From a virus, in IMG/VR virus record IMGVR_UViG_3300045988_046182, positions 1 to 40,367 of that record: a stretch of DNA of 40,367 nucleotides. One strand, written 5' to 3'. The notes under the pieces are model-generated. The model had not been told where the DNA came from. It saw nothing but the letters and a program-made list of their open reading frames with translations, and made no database searches. The number at the start of each line of letters is the position of its first letter. Within the stretch, counting starts at the first letter, position 1. Of the stretch, positions 25,202 through 32,475 are shown one piece after another. Made by a program: the position numbers and the translations under genes.

Positions 25202-25529
25202 AAGAAGTAGGACAAACTGGACTTTCTACTAAGAAATGAGAAGTATCATTTCCATAAACTACTTTGTACTTTCTCCTACTTCTAATTTGGTCTGCTCTTA
25301 AAATATTACCTTTTCTACATAAAACCGGTATAGTTGCAGTTCCGTTCAAAATTACAACTGGCAACGTTCCAGCATTGCTAGGAATTGATTGACAAGTTAT
25401 TAAACAATATTCTTTCAAATTTGTTAATGTTGTTGTTGGAATAGTTATGGTTAAACTTTGGTTTGGTACAGTTCCGGTGACTGCTATACTTGTACTTTTT
25501 ATTATTCTATTACAATATTGACAACTCAT
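25170..25529 (-). CDS. Thr/Cys-containing hypothetical protein (119 aa), cargo cluster
   Basis: MSCQYCNR...TITIPTTTLTNL; AGGAGG RBS. Confidence 0.45.
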   Translation of the reverse strand: MSCQYCNRIIKSTSIAVTGTVPNQSLTITIPTTTLTNLKEYCLITCQSIPSNAGTLPVVILNGTATIPVLCRKGNILRADQIRSRRKYKVVYGNDTSHFLVESPVCPTSYVATGVSESE

Positions 25530-25611
25530 AAGTCGTCCTCCTTTATTTAAAATAAAAAGAGAGGTATGTTATACCCCTCTATAAAATCAACCTCTATATG
25601 AGGAATCTTAA

Positions 25612-26214
25612 TTAGCAAAGATTATAATTTTCTCCGCAACCATACGGTGTGAATGGAACACATTGAACAGGGTAAGGTCTTACTTGACTTACTATATTTG
25701 CAGTTTGTGCTGCTTGACTTAATCCAAGTTCCGCTGCTTGAAGTCTATCTCTCAAATCTTGTATAGTATTTTGAGTTAATAAGGCTCTTGTAGCTTCACC
25801 ATCAGCGTGGATAGCGTTAGTTATAGCACAAGTGTTCTTTTCAGCCTCATATCTGTTGATAAGTAGTTCTTTTTGCGTATTACAACAGCAACTAGCTATT
25901 TCTGAACTCAAATCTTTAAATTGTGCTAAGTTATTATATCCTAAGCTACATAAACCTTGTTGAAGAGTATTCATATTATAAGTGTTTTGGTCGCTTAATC
26001 TTCCTAGTTGGTTAGAAAGGTTAGAATAAAGGAAGTCATTGTTAATAGTGTTAAATCCTGCTCCATTACCTCCAAATCCTCCGAAACCATTTCCTCCCCA
26101 TGCTAAAAGGAAAAATAAGAAAATCCATGCTCCGCCACCGCCGAACATTCCATCATCATTTCTGTTATCTAGATTATATACTGGCGTAACGCCTAATCCT
26201 TCTGTCATAGCCAT
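25612..26214 (-). CDS. Gly-rich / Cys-rich protein with one hydrophobic segment (200 aa)
   Basis: GGGGAWIFLFFLLAWGGNGFGGFGGNGAGF, CCC, and C-terminal CVPFTPYGCGENYNLC; AAGGAGG RBS. Confidence 0.5.
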   Translation of the reverse strand: MAMTEGLGVTPVYNLDNRNDDGMFGGGGAWIFLFFLLAWGGNGFGGFGGNGAGFNTINNDFLYSNLSNQLGRLSDQNTYNMNTLQQGLCSLGYNNLAQFKDLSSEIASCCCNTQKELLINRYEAEKNTCAITNAIHADGEATRALLTQNTIQDLRDRLQAAELGLSQAAQTANIVSQVRPYPVQCVPFTPYGCGENYNLC

Positions 26215-26256
26215 ATTTGACTACCTCCTTAAATATATATATTTATATTAAAGTTC

Positions 26257-26484
26257 TTAGAACTTAATACCAAATTGTTGAGCCATTTGTCTGACTTGAT
26301 CTTCGCTCATTCCTTTTTGTTTAGCAATATTCATAATAGTTTCTTGAATTTGTTGAGGGTTTTTGCCTTCTAACATTTTCTTAGCTTGTCCCATCATAGG
26401 ATTATTACCAAACATATTCATTAGTTGTTGCGGATTCCCGCCTTGCATCATATTCATAAACATTTGCATCATATTATTATTCAT
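26257..26484 (-). CDS. Met/Gln/Asn-rich small protein (75 aa)
   Basis: MNNNMMQMFMNMMQGGNPQQLMNMFGNNPMMGQ; translationally coupled to the upstream gene. Confidence 0.45.
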   Translation of the reverse strand: MNNNMMQMFMNMMQGGNPQQLMNMFGNNPMMGQAKKMLEGKNPQQIQETIMNIAKQKGMSEDQVRQMAQQFGIKF

Positions 26485-26917
26485 TCTTATTACCTCCTAA
26501 TTGGTTTAATAAACTATCTAATACATTCTTGTAATTGTCTAAATCGCTTTTTAAGGCGTTGTATTCTTCTTTAGTGCAATAACCTTCGGTTTGTTTTTCT
26601 TCCTCTATAGAAAGCGTATAAGTGTCTATATGTGGCAAACCGTTCATATCTATATATTTAGTGTATAATTTCTTGTTTGTTGTATCTTCAAACCACAATT
26701 TGCTCCCATCAAAGTTCGGAGTTATTCCTCTAACTTCTTCTATAGATGTAACTGGTCTTATAGAAGGGAATTGAGGTTGCTGAACTTGTTGTATTGGTTG
26801 TGGTTGTTGTTGCTGATTAAATTGTTGTTCTAAAGCGTTTAATCTATTATTCGCAAAATTAGGATTGAAATTAGGATTCATTCCATAATTTCCATATCCA
26901 CTATAATAAGGATTCAT
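26477..26917 (-). CDS. Protein with Q/N/Y/G-rich prion-like N-terminal region and globular C-terminus (146 aa)
   Basis: MNPYYSGYGNYGMNPNFNPNF...QQFNQQQQPQPIQQVQQPQFP; AGGAGG RBS. The putative promoter is an extended -10 TGtTATAAC. Confidence 0.5.
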   Translation of the reverse strand: MNPYYSGYGNYGMNPNFNPNFANNRLNALEQQFNQQQQPQPIQQVQQPQFPSIRPVTSIEEVRGITPNFDGSKLWFEDTTNKKLYTKYIDMNGLPHIDTYTLSIEEEKQTEGYCTKEEYNALKSDLDNYKNVLDSLLNQLGGNKNE

Positions 26918-27011
26918 GTTATTACCTCCTGTTCTTTATACTTTAATTTTACATTAGGTTATAACAGTTCTTAAATAGAAATAAACGGTAAGTTCAAGGT
27001 AAATTAAACGT

Positions 27012-27034
27012 AAAAAAGCACCCTTTTGGGTGCT
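27012..27034 (-). terminator. Intrinsic terminator
   Basis: AGCACCCaaaaGGGTGCT followed by TTTTTT on the minus strand. Confidence 0.65.
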
Positions 27035-27040
27035 AATTTA

Positions 27041-27787
27041 TTATTTATTCAAAAACTTATTTATAAAATATTGTTGTCCTTTTCCTGTAACCTTAGGAGT
27101 TCGTGAAATACTTATTGTTCCGTTAGAATGATTTATTGTAGTTTCTTTTATTTCAAACAATCCTAATCTCATTGATTTTTGAGTTGGCATATTATAGTCG
27201 GTACAACTAGCTTTAACTAGATAACCATTTTCTCTTAACCACTTATAAAACTTCTTTTCTCCTGTATCAACTCCATTTTGCTTTAATATCTTAGCCATTT
27301 CTCTTACTAAAATAGTTGTTTTACTTGTGCTTACTGAATCAGCAAACAAAACCTTAGGGGCGTTCTCTTCTTTTTCTTGTAGCAACTTCGCTTTCTCTTC
27401 TTCACTTGCTACTAAAGCCTTTAAAGCGCTTAAATAGTCTTGTGGTAACTGCGGTGTGGAAATTTCTCTTAATTTCTTTTCGCACTCTATAAAATACAAT
27501 CTAAATCTTTTACCAATCTCGTTTCTTTGTATCATTGAAATTTCTTTTGCCATATCTATTGTAATTATATGAGTTTCTATGAATCTATTTACTAATCTTG
27601 AACCTTCTCTTTTTTGAGAAAGTTCCTCTATAGTAGTAAAATCAACATTTTCCTCAAAACCATATTCACACATTCTCTTGAACCAATCTTGATATTTAGT
27701 TTTTATCTCTAATCCTTCATGTAATTCTCTAGCGTTTACTAATTGTTGTCCTTGTTCATTTGTAGTTATTTTTATTAACTCTTTCAT
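27041..27787 (-). CDS. Phage antirepressor / regulatory protein (Rha-like N-terminus plus KilA-C domain)
   Basis: N-terminal LVNARELHEGLEIKTKYQDWFKRMCEYGFEENVDF; C-terminal KILKQNGVDTGEKKFYKWLRENGYL. Confidence 0.6.
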   Translation of the reverse strand: MKELIKITTNEQGQQLVNARELHEGLEIKTKYQDWFKRMCEYGFEENVDFTTIEELSQKREGSRLVNRFIETHIITIDMAKEISMIQRNEIGKRFRLYFIECEKKLREISTPQLPQDYLSALKALVASEEEKAKLLQEKEENAPKVLFADSVSTSKTTILVREMAKILKQNGVDTGEKKFYKWLRENGYLVKASCTDYNMPTQKSMRLGLFEIKETTINHSNGTISISRTPKVTGKGQQYFINKFLNK

Positions 27788-27788
27788 T

Positions 27789-28040
27789 CTATAATTCCTC
27801 CTTTAATTTTATTTGTCCTTTTATAAATATTTCTCTCGGCATAACACCAAACATTTTTTTAGTAGATTTAGTATTCAATAATATCGGTTCGTAAAAATCT
27901 TCTGTGTGCTCTTGTTCTTTAGAGTAAAGTTTATAAATGCTAGATACCGCTCCAGTATTCCTAAATGTAACTTGATAATACCACCCTTCATATTCTACTA
28001 ATACATCAAGCATGTTAAAATATGCGTTTTCAATTTTCAT
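27789..28040 (-). CDS. Hypothetical protein (83 aa)
   Basis: ORF; GGAGG RBS. Confidence 0.35.
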   Translation of the reverse strand: MKIENAYFNMLDVLVEYEGWYYQVTFRNTGAVSSIYKLYSKEQEHTEDFYEPILLNTKSTKKMFGVMPREIFIKGQIKLKEEL

Positions 28041-28068
28041 AATATTACCTCCTCTTATTTACATTTTA

Positions 28069-28097
28069 ATTATATCGCTATTTTTGTGTTTTGTCAA
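28069..28097 (-). promoter_or_regulatory. Promoter cassette copy (TTGACA-17-TATAAT)
   Basis: Minus strand ttgacaaaacacaaaaatagcgatataattaaaatgtaaa. Confidence 0.5.
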
Positions 28098-28155
28098 CTA
28101 TTTTTTTGAAATAAAATGAGAGTAGAATCAATCCACTCCCATTCGTTTCAATCGC

Positions 28156-28377
28156 TTAAAATACTTCTACATCTACCCATAATGTATTATCATCGTTGGT
28201 ATAAATAAATAAAACTTTTGAATCTAAGAATACTTTCTCTTTAAAAGGTACAACTCCATGTATAAAATCATCATAACTCATATCTTTTCCCCAAACTAAA
28301 GGCTTATAACTACAATCATAGTAAAAAGCTATTCTTTGCCCTTGGGAAACAACTTCTAATAATTCATTAACCGACAT
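28156..28377 (-). CDS. Hypothetical protein (73 aa)
   Basis: ORF. Confidence 0.35.
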   Translation of the reverse strand: MSVNELLEVVSQGQRIAFYYDCSYKPLVWGKDMSYDDFIHGVVPFKEKVFLDSKVLFIYTNDDNTLWVDVEVF

Positions 28378-28587
28378 AAATTTTACTCTCCTTCTTTTCT
28401 ATTATTCTCTCTTAATTCATATAACCCCTCTAGTATATCCAAAGGTGTTAATATATCATGATTAACTTCTATATAAGAAATTATCATATCTAATTGTTCG
28501 TCTGTCATTTATCTCACCTCCTGTAATTATAATAACATCTATAAAAGTTATAAAAATGACAAAAATATTACAATTTGTAATTTGAAT

Positions 28588-28612
28588 AAAAAAAGAGTAG
28601 ATTTCTCTACTC
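28588..28612 (-). terminator. Intrinsic terminator
   Basis: Perfect GAGTAGAgaaaTCTACTC stem then TTTTTTT on the minus strand. Confidence 0.6.
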
Positions 28613-28969
28613 TTAATTGTTTAATATTTCTCTTTTTAATTTATTTAATTTCACTCCATAATAACTTACAATGGGTATATTTACAATTCCTATTATAACG
28701 GCAACCGGGGAAAATAAAGCTAAAAATAAACTTAATATAATAATAAAAGCCGATATAGAAAAACAATTGCCTATTCTTTTATACTTAACCTCTAAATCAT
28801 TATTCCCTTTTATCTTTTCCTCTATAACTCCAAGCTCTGCAACTCTTTGTTGTGCTTTATTTTGCTTTAATATTTTTTCTTGTTGTTTTCTTTTCTTTCT
28901 ATTTCTTCTGAAATCATTTATTTCACCAGCTACCCAAATTTTGGTTATGAACTCTAACACATTTAACAC
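28613..28969 (-). CDS. Membrane protein (2 TM) with basic N-terminal region
   Basis: SISAFIIILSLFLALFSPVAVIIGIVNIPIV. Confidence 0.4.
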   Translation of the reverse strand: MLNVLEFITKIWVAGEINDFRRNRKKRKQQEKILKQNKAQQRVAELGVIEEKIKGNNDLEVKYKRIGNCFSISAFIIILSLFLALFSPVAVIIGIVNIPIVSYYGVKLNKLKREILNN

Positions 28970-29424
28970 TCCTTTTCAAAAAACTCTACGCAACTTATTA
29001 ATTTTGTATTTATTAATGTACCTTCCGATGTTTGAATAAAATTGTCGTTTTTAAGTTTATCCAAAACAACCTCCCTAAATTCACTTAAATCTCCAAGTTT
29101 TAATCTATTTTTGTTATAGTTGTTAGATAAAAATATATTTCCATCTTGCATTTTAAAAGAACAGTAATATTCCTTTTTAATATAAAAGTCATCACCTAAT
29201 CTTTTAAGTGGGAGCTCATCAAATTTACTAAAGCATTTAAAACTATATTTCCCTTCGTTTTTTTTAACGTGGATTACCATCACAGGATATCCACTATCAA
29301 CGAGGAATCCATTCATTTCTTTATAAATCATTTCCACATGAACAACATCGCCAACATTGAAATCAAAATTCAAATTTTCTGTTAATTTATAATTTCCATT
29401 CTCTATAATTTCAAAAGCATTCAT
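28963..29424 (-). CDS. Hypothetical protein (153 aa)
   Basis: ORF. Confidence 0.4.
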   Translation of the reverse strand: MNAFEIIENGNYKLTENLNFDFNVGDVVHVEMIYKEMNGFLVDSGYPVMVIHVKKNEGKYSFKCFSKFDELPLKRLGDDFYIKKEYYCSFKMQDGNIFLSNNYNKNRLKLGDLSEFREVVLDKLKNDNFIQTSEGTLINTKLISCVEFFEKEC

Positions 29425-29425
29425 A

Positions 29426-29620
29426 TTAACACTCCTCTTCCAACTCTTCTAATCTTTCATCAGCAACACACTCAATAATATCTATTAAATTCTCTTTAAC
29501 AAATTCTATTTGCTCCTCATTATCACATACTTCGAAAATCTCTCCGATAAATATTTCCAAAGACAAAGTTCCTAAACAAATTCTCCCACTTTTAGTTTTT
29601 TCTATATATTCTTTTATCAT
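29426..29620 (-). CDS. Hypothetical acidic protein (64 aa)
   Basis: ORF. Confidence 0.3.
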   Translation of the reverse strand: MIKEYIEKTKSGRICLGTLSLEIFIGEIFEVCDNEEQIEFVKENLIDIIECVADERLEELEEEC

Positions 29621-29621
29621 C

Positions 29622-29882
29622 TTAAAACACCTTCCTAAACCCTAAAAATTTCATTTCTCTTTCAACTTCTTCTTTAGTTCCTTCAAATGTAACTTCTTTA
29701 ATATCATTATTCCAAATATAATATAAAAGATTTTCACTTGCTATCTTTAACGCTTGTAATGGTTGTTCTCCCTCTTCAACTAAATCGTGATACAATTCAA
29801 AATCAGCTTGATTATTTCTATTGAGAGTGTATGAAACCCCCTCGCATTCATATAAAGCGCCAACCTCAAAATAATTATTCAT
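29622..29882 (-). CDS. Hypothetical protein (86 aa)
   Basis: ORF. Confidence 0.35.
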   Translation of the reverse strand: MNNYFEVGALYECEGVSYTLNRNNQADFELYHDLVEEGEQPLQALKIASENLLYYIWNNDIKEVTFEGTKEEVEREMKFLGFRKVF

Positions 29883-30010
29883 ACTCTTTATCCTCCTTAA
29901 TTATACAGTCTATACAAAGCCAATACCCTAAGAATTTACTTTTATACAATTCTCCAACATTCTTTTTACAGCAATCGCACTTTTTGTTGCTGCTATTTTG
30001 CTTTTTAAGA

Positions 30011-30202
30011 TTAACTTTCATAATATCCCTCCAAATCAAATTCAACTTGATAATCTCTTTCTGTTATTTTTTTATCTTTAAGATTTTCATAATCTTTTCT
30101 AGTTCCTTTTACAAATGAAAAAGCGGTATGTGCGTCTATATCATATATTATTGCTAAAAGTAAAGCGTAATAACCGTCATTCATGTTTAATCCTCCAACC
30201 AA
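30011..30202 (-). CDS. Hypothetical protein (63 aa)
   Basis: ORF. Confidence 0.3.
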   Translation of the reverse strand: MVGGLNMNDGYYALLLAIIYDIDAHTAFSFVKGTRKDYENLKDKKITERDYQVEFDLEGYYES

Positions 30203-30453
30203 CTATTAAAAGTACCACAATAGTTATCTTCGTACATTCTTAAATCATCTTCAAGTTCTTCAATTCTGTCTATAGCAGTATCTAAAGCATCTTCAAAATT
30301 TCTTCTTTCATCTATAAGTTCTCTTATTATAAAAACTGCTTTTTCCCTATCTTTTAAATCTTCGATAGAGCATATACGTTCTCCAGTTTCACTATCATAT
30401 AAAAACTTTCCATTAAATTCTATGTTCATCTTCTTCAATCTCCTCATTCTCAA
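30187..30453 (-). CDS. Hypothetical acidic coiled-coil protein; the true start is probably the internal MNIEFNGK
   Basis: ORF; an RBS precedes the internal ATG. Confidence 0.35.
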   Translation of the reverse strand: MRMRRLKKMNIEFNGKFLYDSETGERICSIEDLKDREKAVFIIRELIDERRNFEDALDTAIDRIEELEDDLRMYEDNYCGTFNSWLED

Positions 30454-30616
30454 TTAATACCATTATAGCTTTACTAATTCCTTCACTTATACCAACATTA
30501 AAGAAACCTTCGTAAGTATTGCAATTGGATTTTTCATTATATTTCTTACTAATTTCTCTTAACTTTTCTAAAGTGCTTCTTTTCATATTAATACCTCCTA
30601 AACATCTTATGATTTA

Positions 30617-30644
30617 ATTATAACATAGTTAATTATCTTGTCAA
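30617..30644 (-). promoter_or_regulatory. Promoter cassette copy
   Basis: Minus strand ttgacaagataattaactatgttataattaaatcataa. Confidence 0.55.
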
Positions 30645-30673
30645 TAGTTTTATATAAAAAAAGAGAGATATCT

Positions 30674-30934
30674 CTATCCCTCTAAAATCTTCTTAATTAA
30701 TTCTTGATTTTCCCAAGCTTTAGATAATTTCTTATAAGCTTTATTTCTATAATTGGTAACACTTTTAATACTGCAATCTATTTTTATAGAAGCTTTCTCT
30801 TGTGTCATACCCCTTATATCAACTAATTCAATCGCTAAACGTTCCTTGTCTTTAAGGTTAACCAATTCTAAGGCTAACATTAGAAGAGGTTTAGAAGGGC
30901 AATTAAGCACCTTCTTTATATCTTCTCTATTCAT
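30674..30934 (-). CDS. Sigma-70 region-4-only (HTH) transcription regulator, 86 aa
   Basis: KERLAIELVDIRGMTQEKASIKIDCSIKSVTNYRNKAYKKL fits the region 4.2 pattern (L..ReR.v..L...G.t.eEIA..lg.s..tVk...hrA.kkL). Confidence 0.5.
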   Translation of the reverse strand: MNREDIKKVLNCPSKPLLMLALELVNLKDKERLAIELVDIRGMTQEKASIKIDCSIKSVTNYRNKAYKKLSKAWENQELIKKILEG

Positions 30935-31003
30935 AAGATTACCTCTTTTTCTTAAATCTTACTTTTCTTTTTACTGTCTTTTTCTGTTTAACTCCCATTT
31001 AAC

Positions 31004-31294
31004 CTACTCCTTTATTTTATCGTTATGGATTGAATTATCATTATAGTTATTACCATTTATTATCTGACTTTCACCATCAGAACTCTGTTCATAAGTAGTT
31101 TCCTCTACCAACTCAGCTTCATAATTAGCAAAGAAATAAATAGTACTACCACACATTATTGTTATACTTAAAACCACTGTAGCTAAACAAGCTAAACAAA
31201 TCTTTTTATAACCTTCTAACGTTTGTCTTTGGTGTTTCATTATTTCCATAAAGGTTTCATTTGATAATAATTGAATTTCCTTATCTTTGTCCAT
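31004..31294 (-). CDS. Membrane protein (1 TM), unknown function
   Basis: ICLACLATVVLSITIMCGSTIYFFANY. Confidence 0.4.
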   Translation of the reverse strand: MDKDKEIQLLSNETFMEIMKHQRQTLEGYKKICLACLATVVLSITIMCGSTIYFFANYEAELVEETTYEQSSDGESQIINGNNYNDNSIHNDKIKE

Positions 31295-31303
31295 AAATAC
31301 CTC

Positions 31304-31564
31304 CTATTTGTTAAGTGTTACACTTGCTATAAATGCAATTATAGAACTTATTATACCAGCAACTATTAAATCCCAACGCTTACTAGGTGTTGATTTCAAA
31401 TCAATTATATCTCTTTTCATTTCCGTTAAAGTTTCCATTATAGTTTTATATTGATATTCTTGAACGGAGTGATTCTTTTCCATCTCTGCAATTCTTTTTT
31501 CGTGTTCCCTAACTTCTTTTCTTAATTGCATAAGTTCACTATATTGGTTATCTTTACATTCCAT
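31304..31564 (-). CDS. XhlA-like hemolysin/lysis accessory protein
   Basis: Coiled-coil N-terminus, C-terminal TM (DLIVAGIISSIIAFIASVTL), 86 aa, adjacent to the holin. Confidence 0.5.
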   Translation of the reverse strand: MECKDNQYSELMQLRKEVREHEKRIAEMEKNHSVQEYQYKTIMETLTEMKRDIIDLKSTPSKRWDLIVAGIISSIIAFIASVTLNK

Positions 31565-31792
31565 TTATTTTCCACCTTTCGGTAAGTCGATTCCTCCAGT
31601 TTCGGGATTATTCATTAATCCAAGTAGCACTGCTATGCTGCAAACTAATTTAACTGTTGTATCTGCCCATTCTGCATCTATTACATATCCAAATTGATTT
31701 AATAAAAGAACGATTAAACCTACAAGAGAAATCCAAAGGGCAGGATTTTTGAACCTAGCCCAATATTCTTTATTTTTTATACTATTAAACAT
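31565..31792 (-). CDS. Holin (two TM, class II-like)
   Basis: 75 aa; two hydrophobic helices; charged C-terminus; directly upstream of the endolysin. Confidence 0.6.
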   Translation of the reverse strand: MFNSIKNKEYWARFKNPALWISLVGLIVLLLNQFGYVIDAEWADTTVKLVCSIAVLLGLMNNPETGGIDLPKGGK

Positions 31793-31803
31793 TTAGATCA
31801 CCT

Positions 31804-32442
31804 CTATATCTTTTCGGCAAAGCAATAATAACCTAGCTCATTGCTTATTCTTTGTTGCGCTTTTTCTGCATCTTCTTTATTTGTAAATCTTTGTACACAC
31901 ACTCTATAATAGTCTTGTTCCTTTTCTAGTGGTATATTAGGGTCGATAGCATTTGCTAAATATCTAGCCATAACCTCATATGGGATTGGTGACCAAACGG
32001 AAATATCCTTCTCGCTATCTAAAAATAAAGTTTCAAAGATTATATTAGGCGCGTTTATATTTCTCATTTCATAATATTTATCACTATATTTAACACCTCT
32101 ATTTTTAAACCCTAAACTAGAAAAGTTTTTGCACATTCTTTCAGCATAAGGCTTAGCTCTTGAATTGTTAGCAATCCAAGCTTCACAACCTTGTCCACCA
32201 CCTTTATTACCATGCCAAGATATAAATAAATCCAAAATTTGTGCATTTGCTTTCCTTGCACCTTCTGACAACTCTCCGTTTTGAGTGTTAGCGTTGGAGC
32301 AACAATCAATTATAGTATGTCCATATTGTTCCATTATTTTTTTGAATTCAAAATGAAGAGGTTTCATAGCGTCCACTTCATCTCTTAACCCTTTAGCCCC
32401 TCTGCAATTTTCAGAATGACCATATCTACTTCCAATTATCAC
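31804..32442 (-). CDS. Endolysin: N-acetylmuramoyl-L-alanine amidase (Amidase_3) with C-terminal SPOR-like domain
   Basis: IIGSRYGHSE...GAKG and ETLFLDSEKD motifs of Amidase_3. C-terminal YYRVCVQRFTNKEDAEKAQQRISNELGYYCF resembles a SPOR repeat. Confidence 0.6.
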   Translation of the reverse strand: MIIGSRYGHSENCRGAKGLRDEVDAMKPLHFEFKKIMEQYGHTIIDCCSNANTQNGELSEGARKANAQILDLFISWHGNKGGGQGCEAWIANNSRAKPYAERMCKNFSSLGFKNRGVKYSDKYYEMRNINAPNIIFETLFLDSEKDISVWSPIPYEVMARYLANAIDPNIPLEKEQDYYRVCVQRFTNKEDAEKAQQRISNELGYYCFAEKI

Positions 32443-32475
32443 ATTATCACCTTCCTTTATCTATATTTTACCACT

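Noticed and set aside
26918-27011. Sporulation-sigma (sigE/sigK/sigG) promoter upstream of the cargo cluster.
   Set aside because: Only an extended -10 TGtTATAAC consistent with sigma-A is visible. No CATA-N3-TA or GCATR -35-type elements could be aligned with correct spacing.
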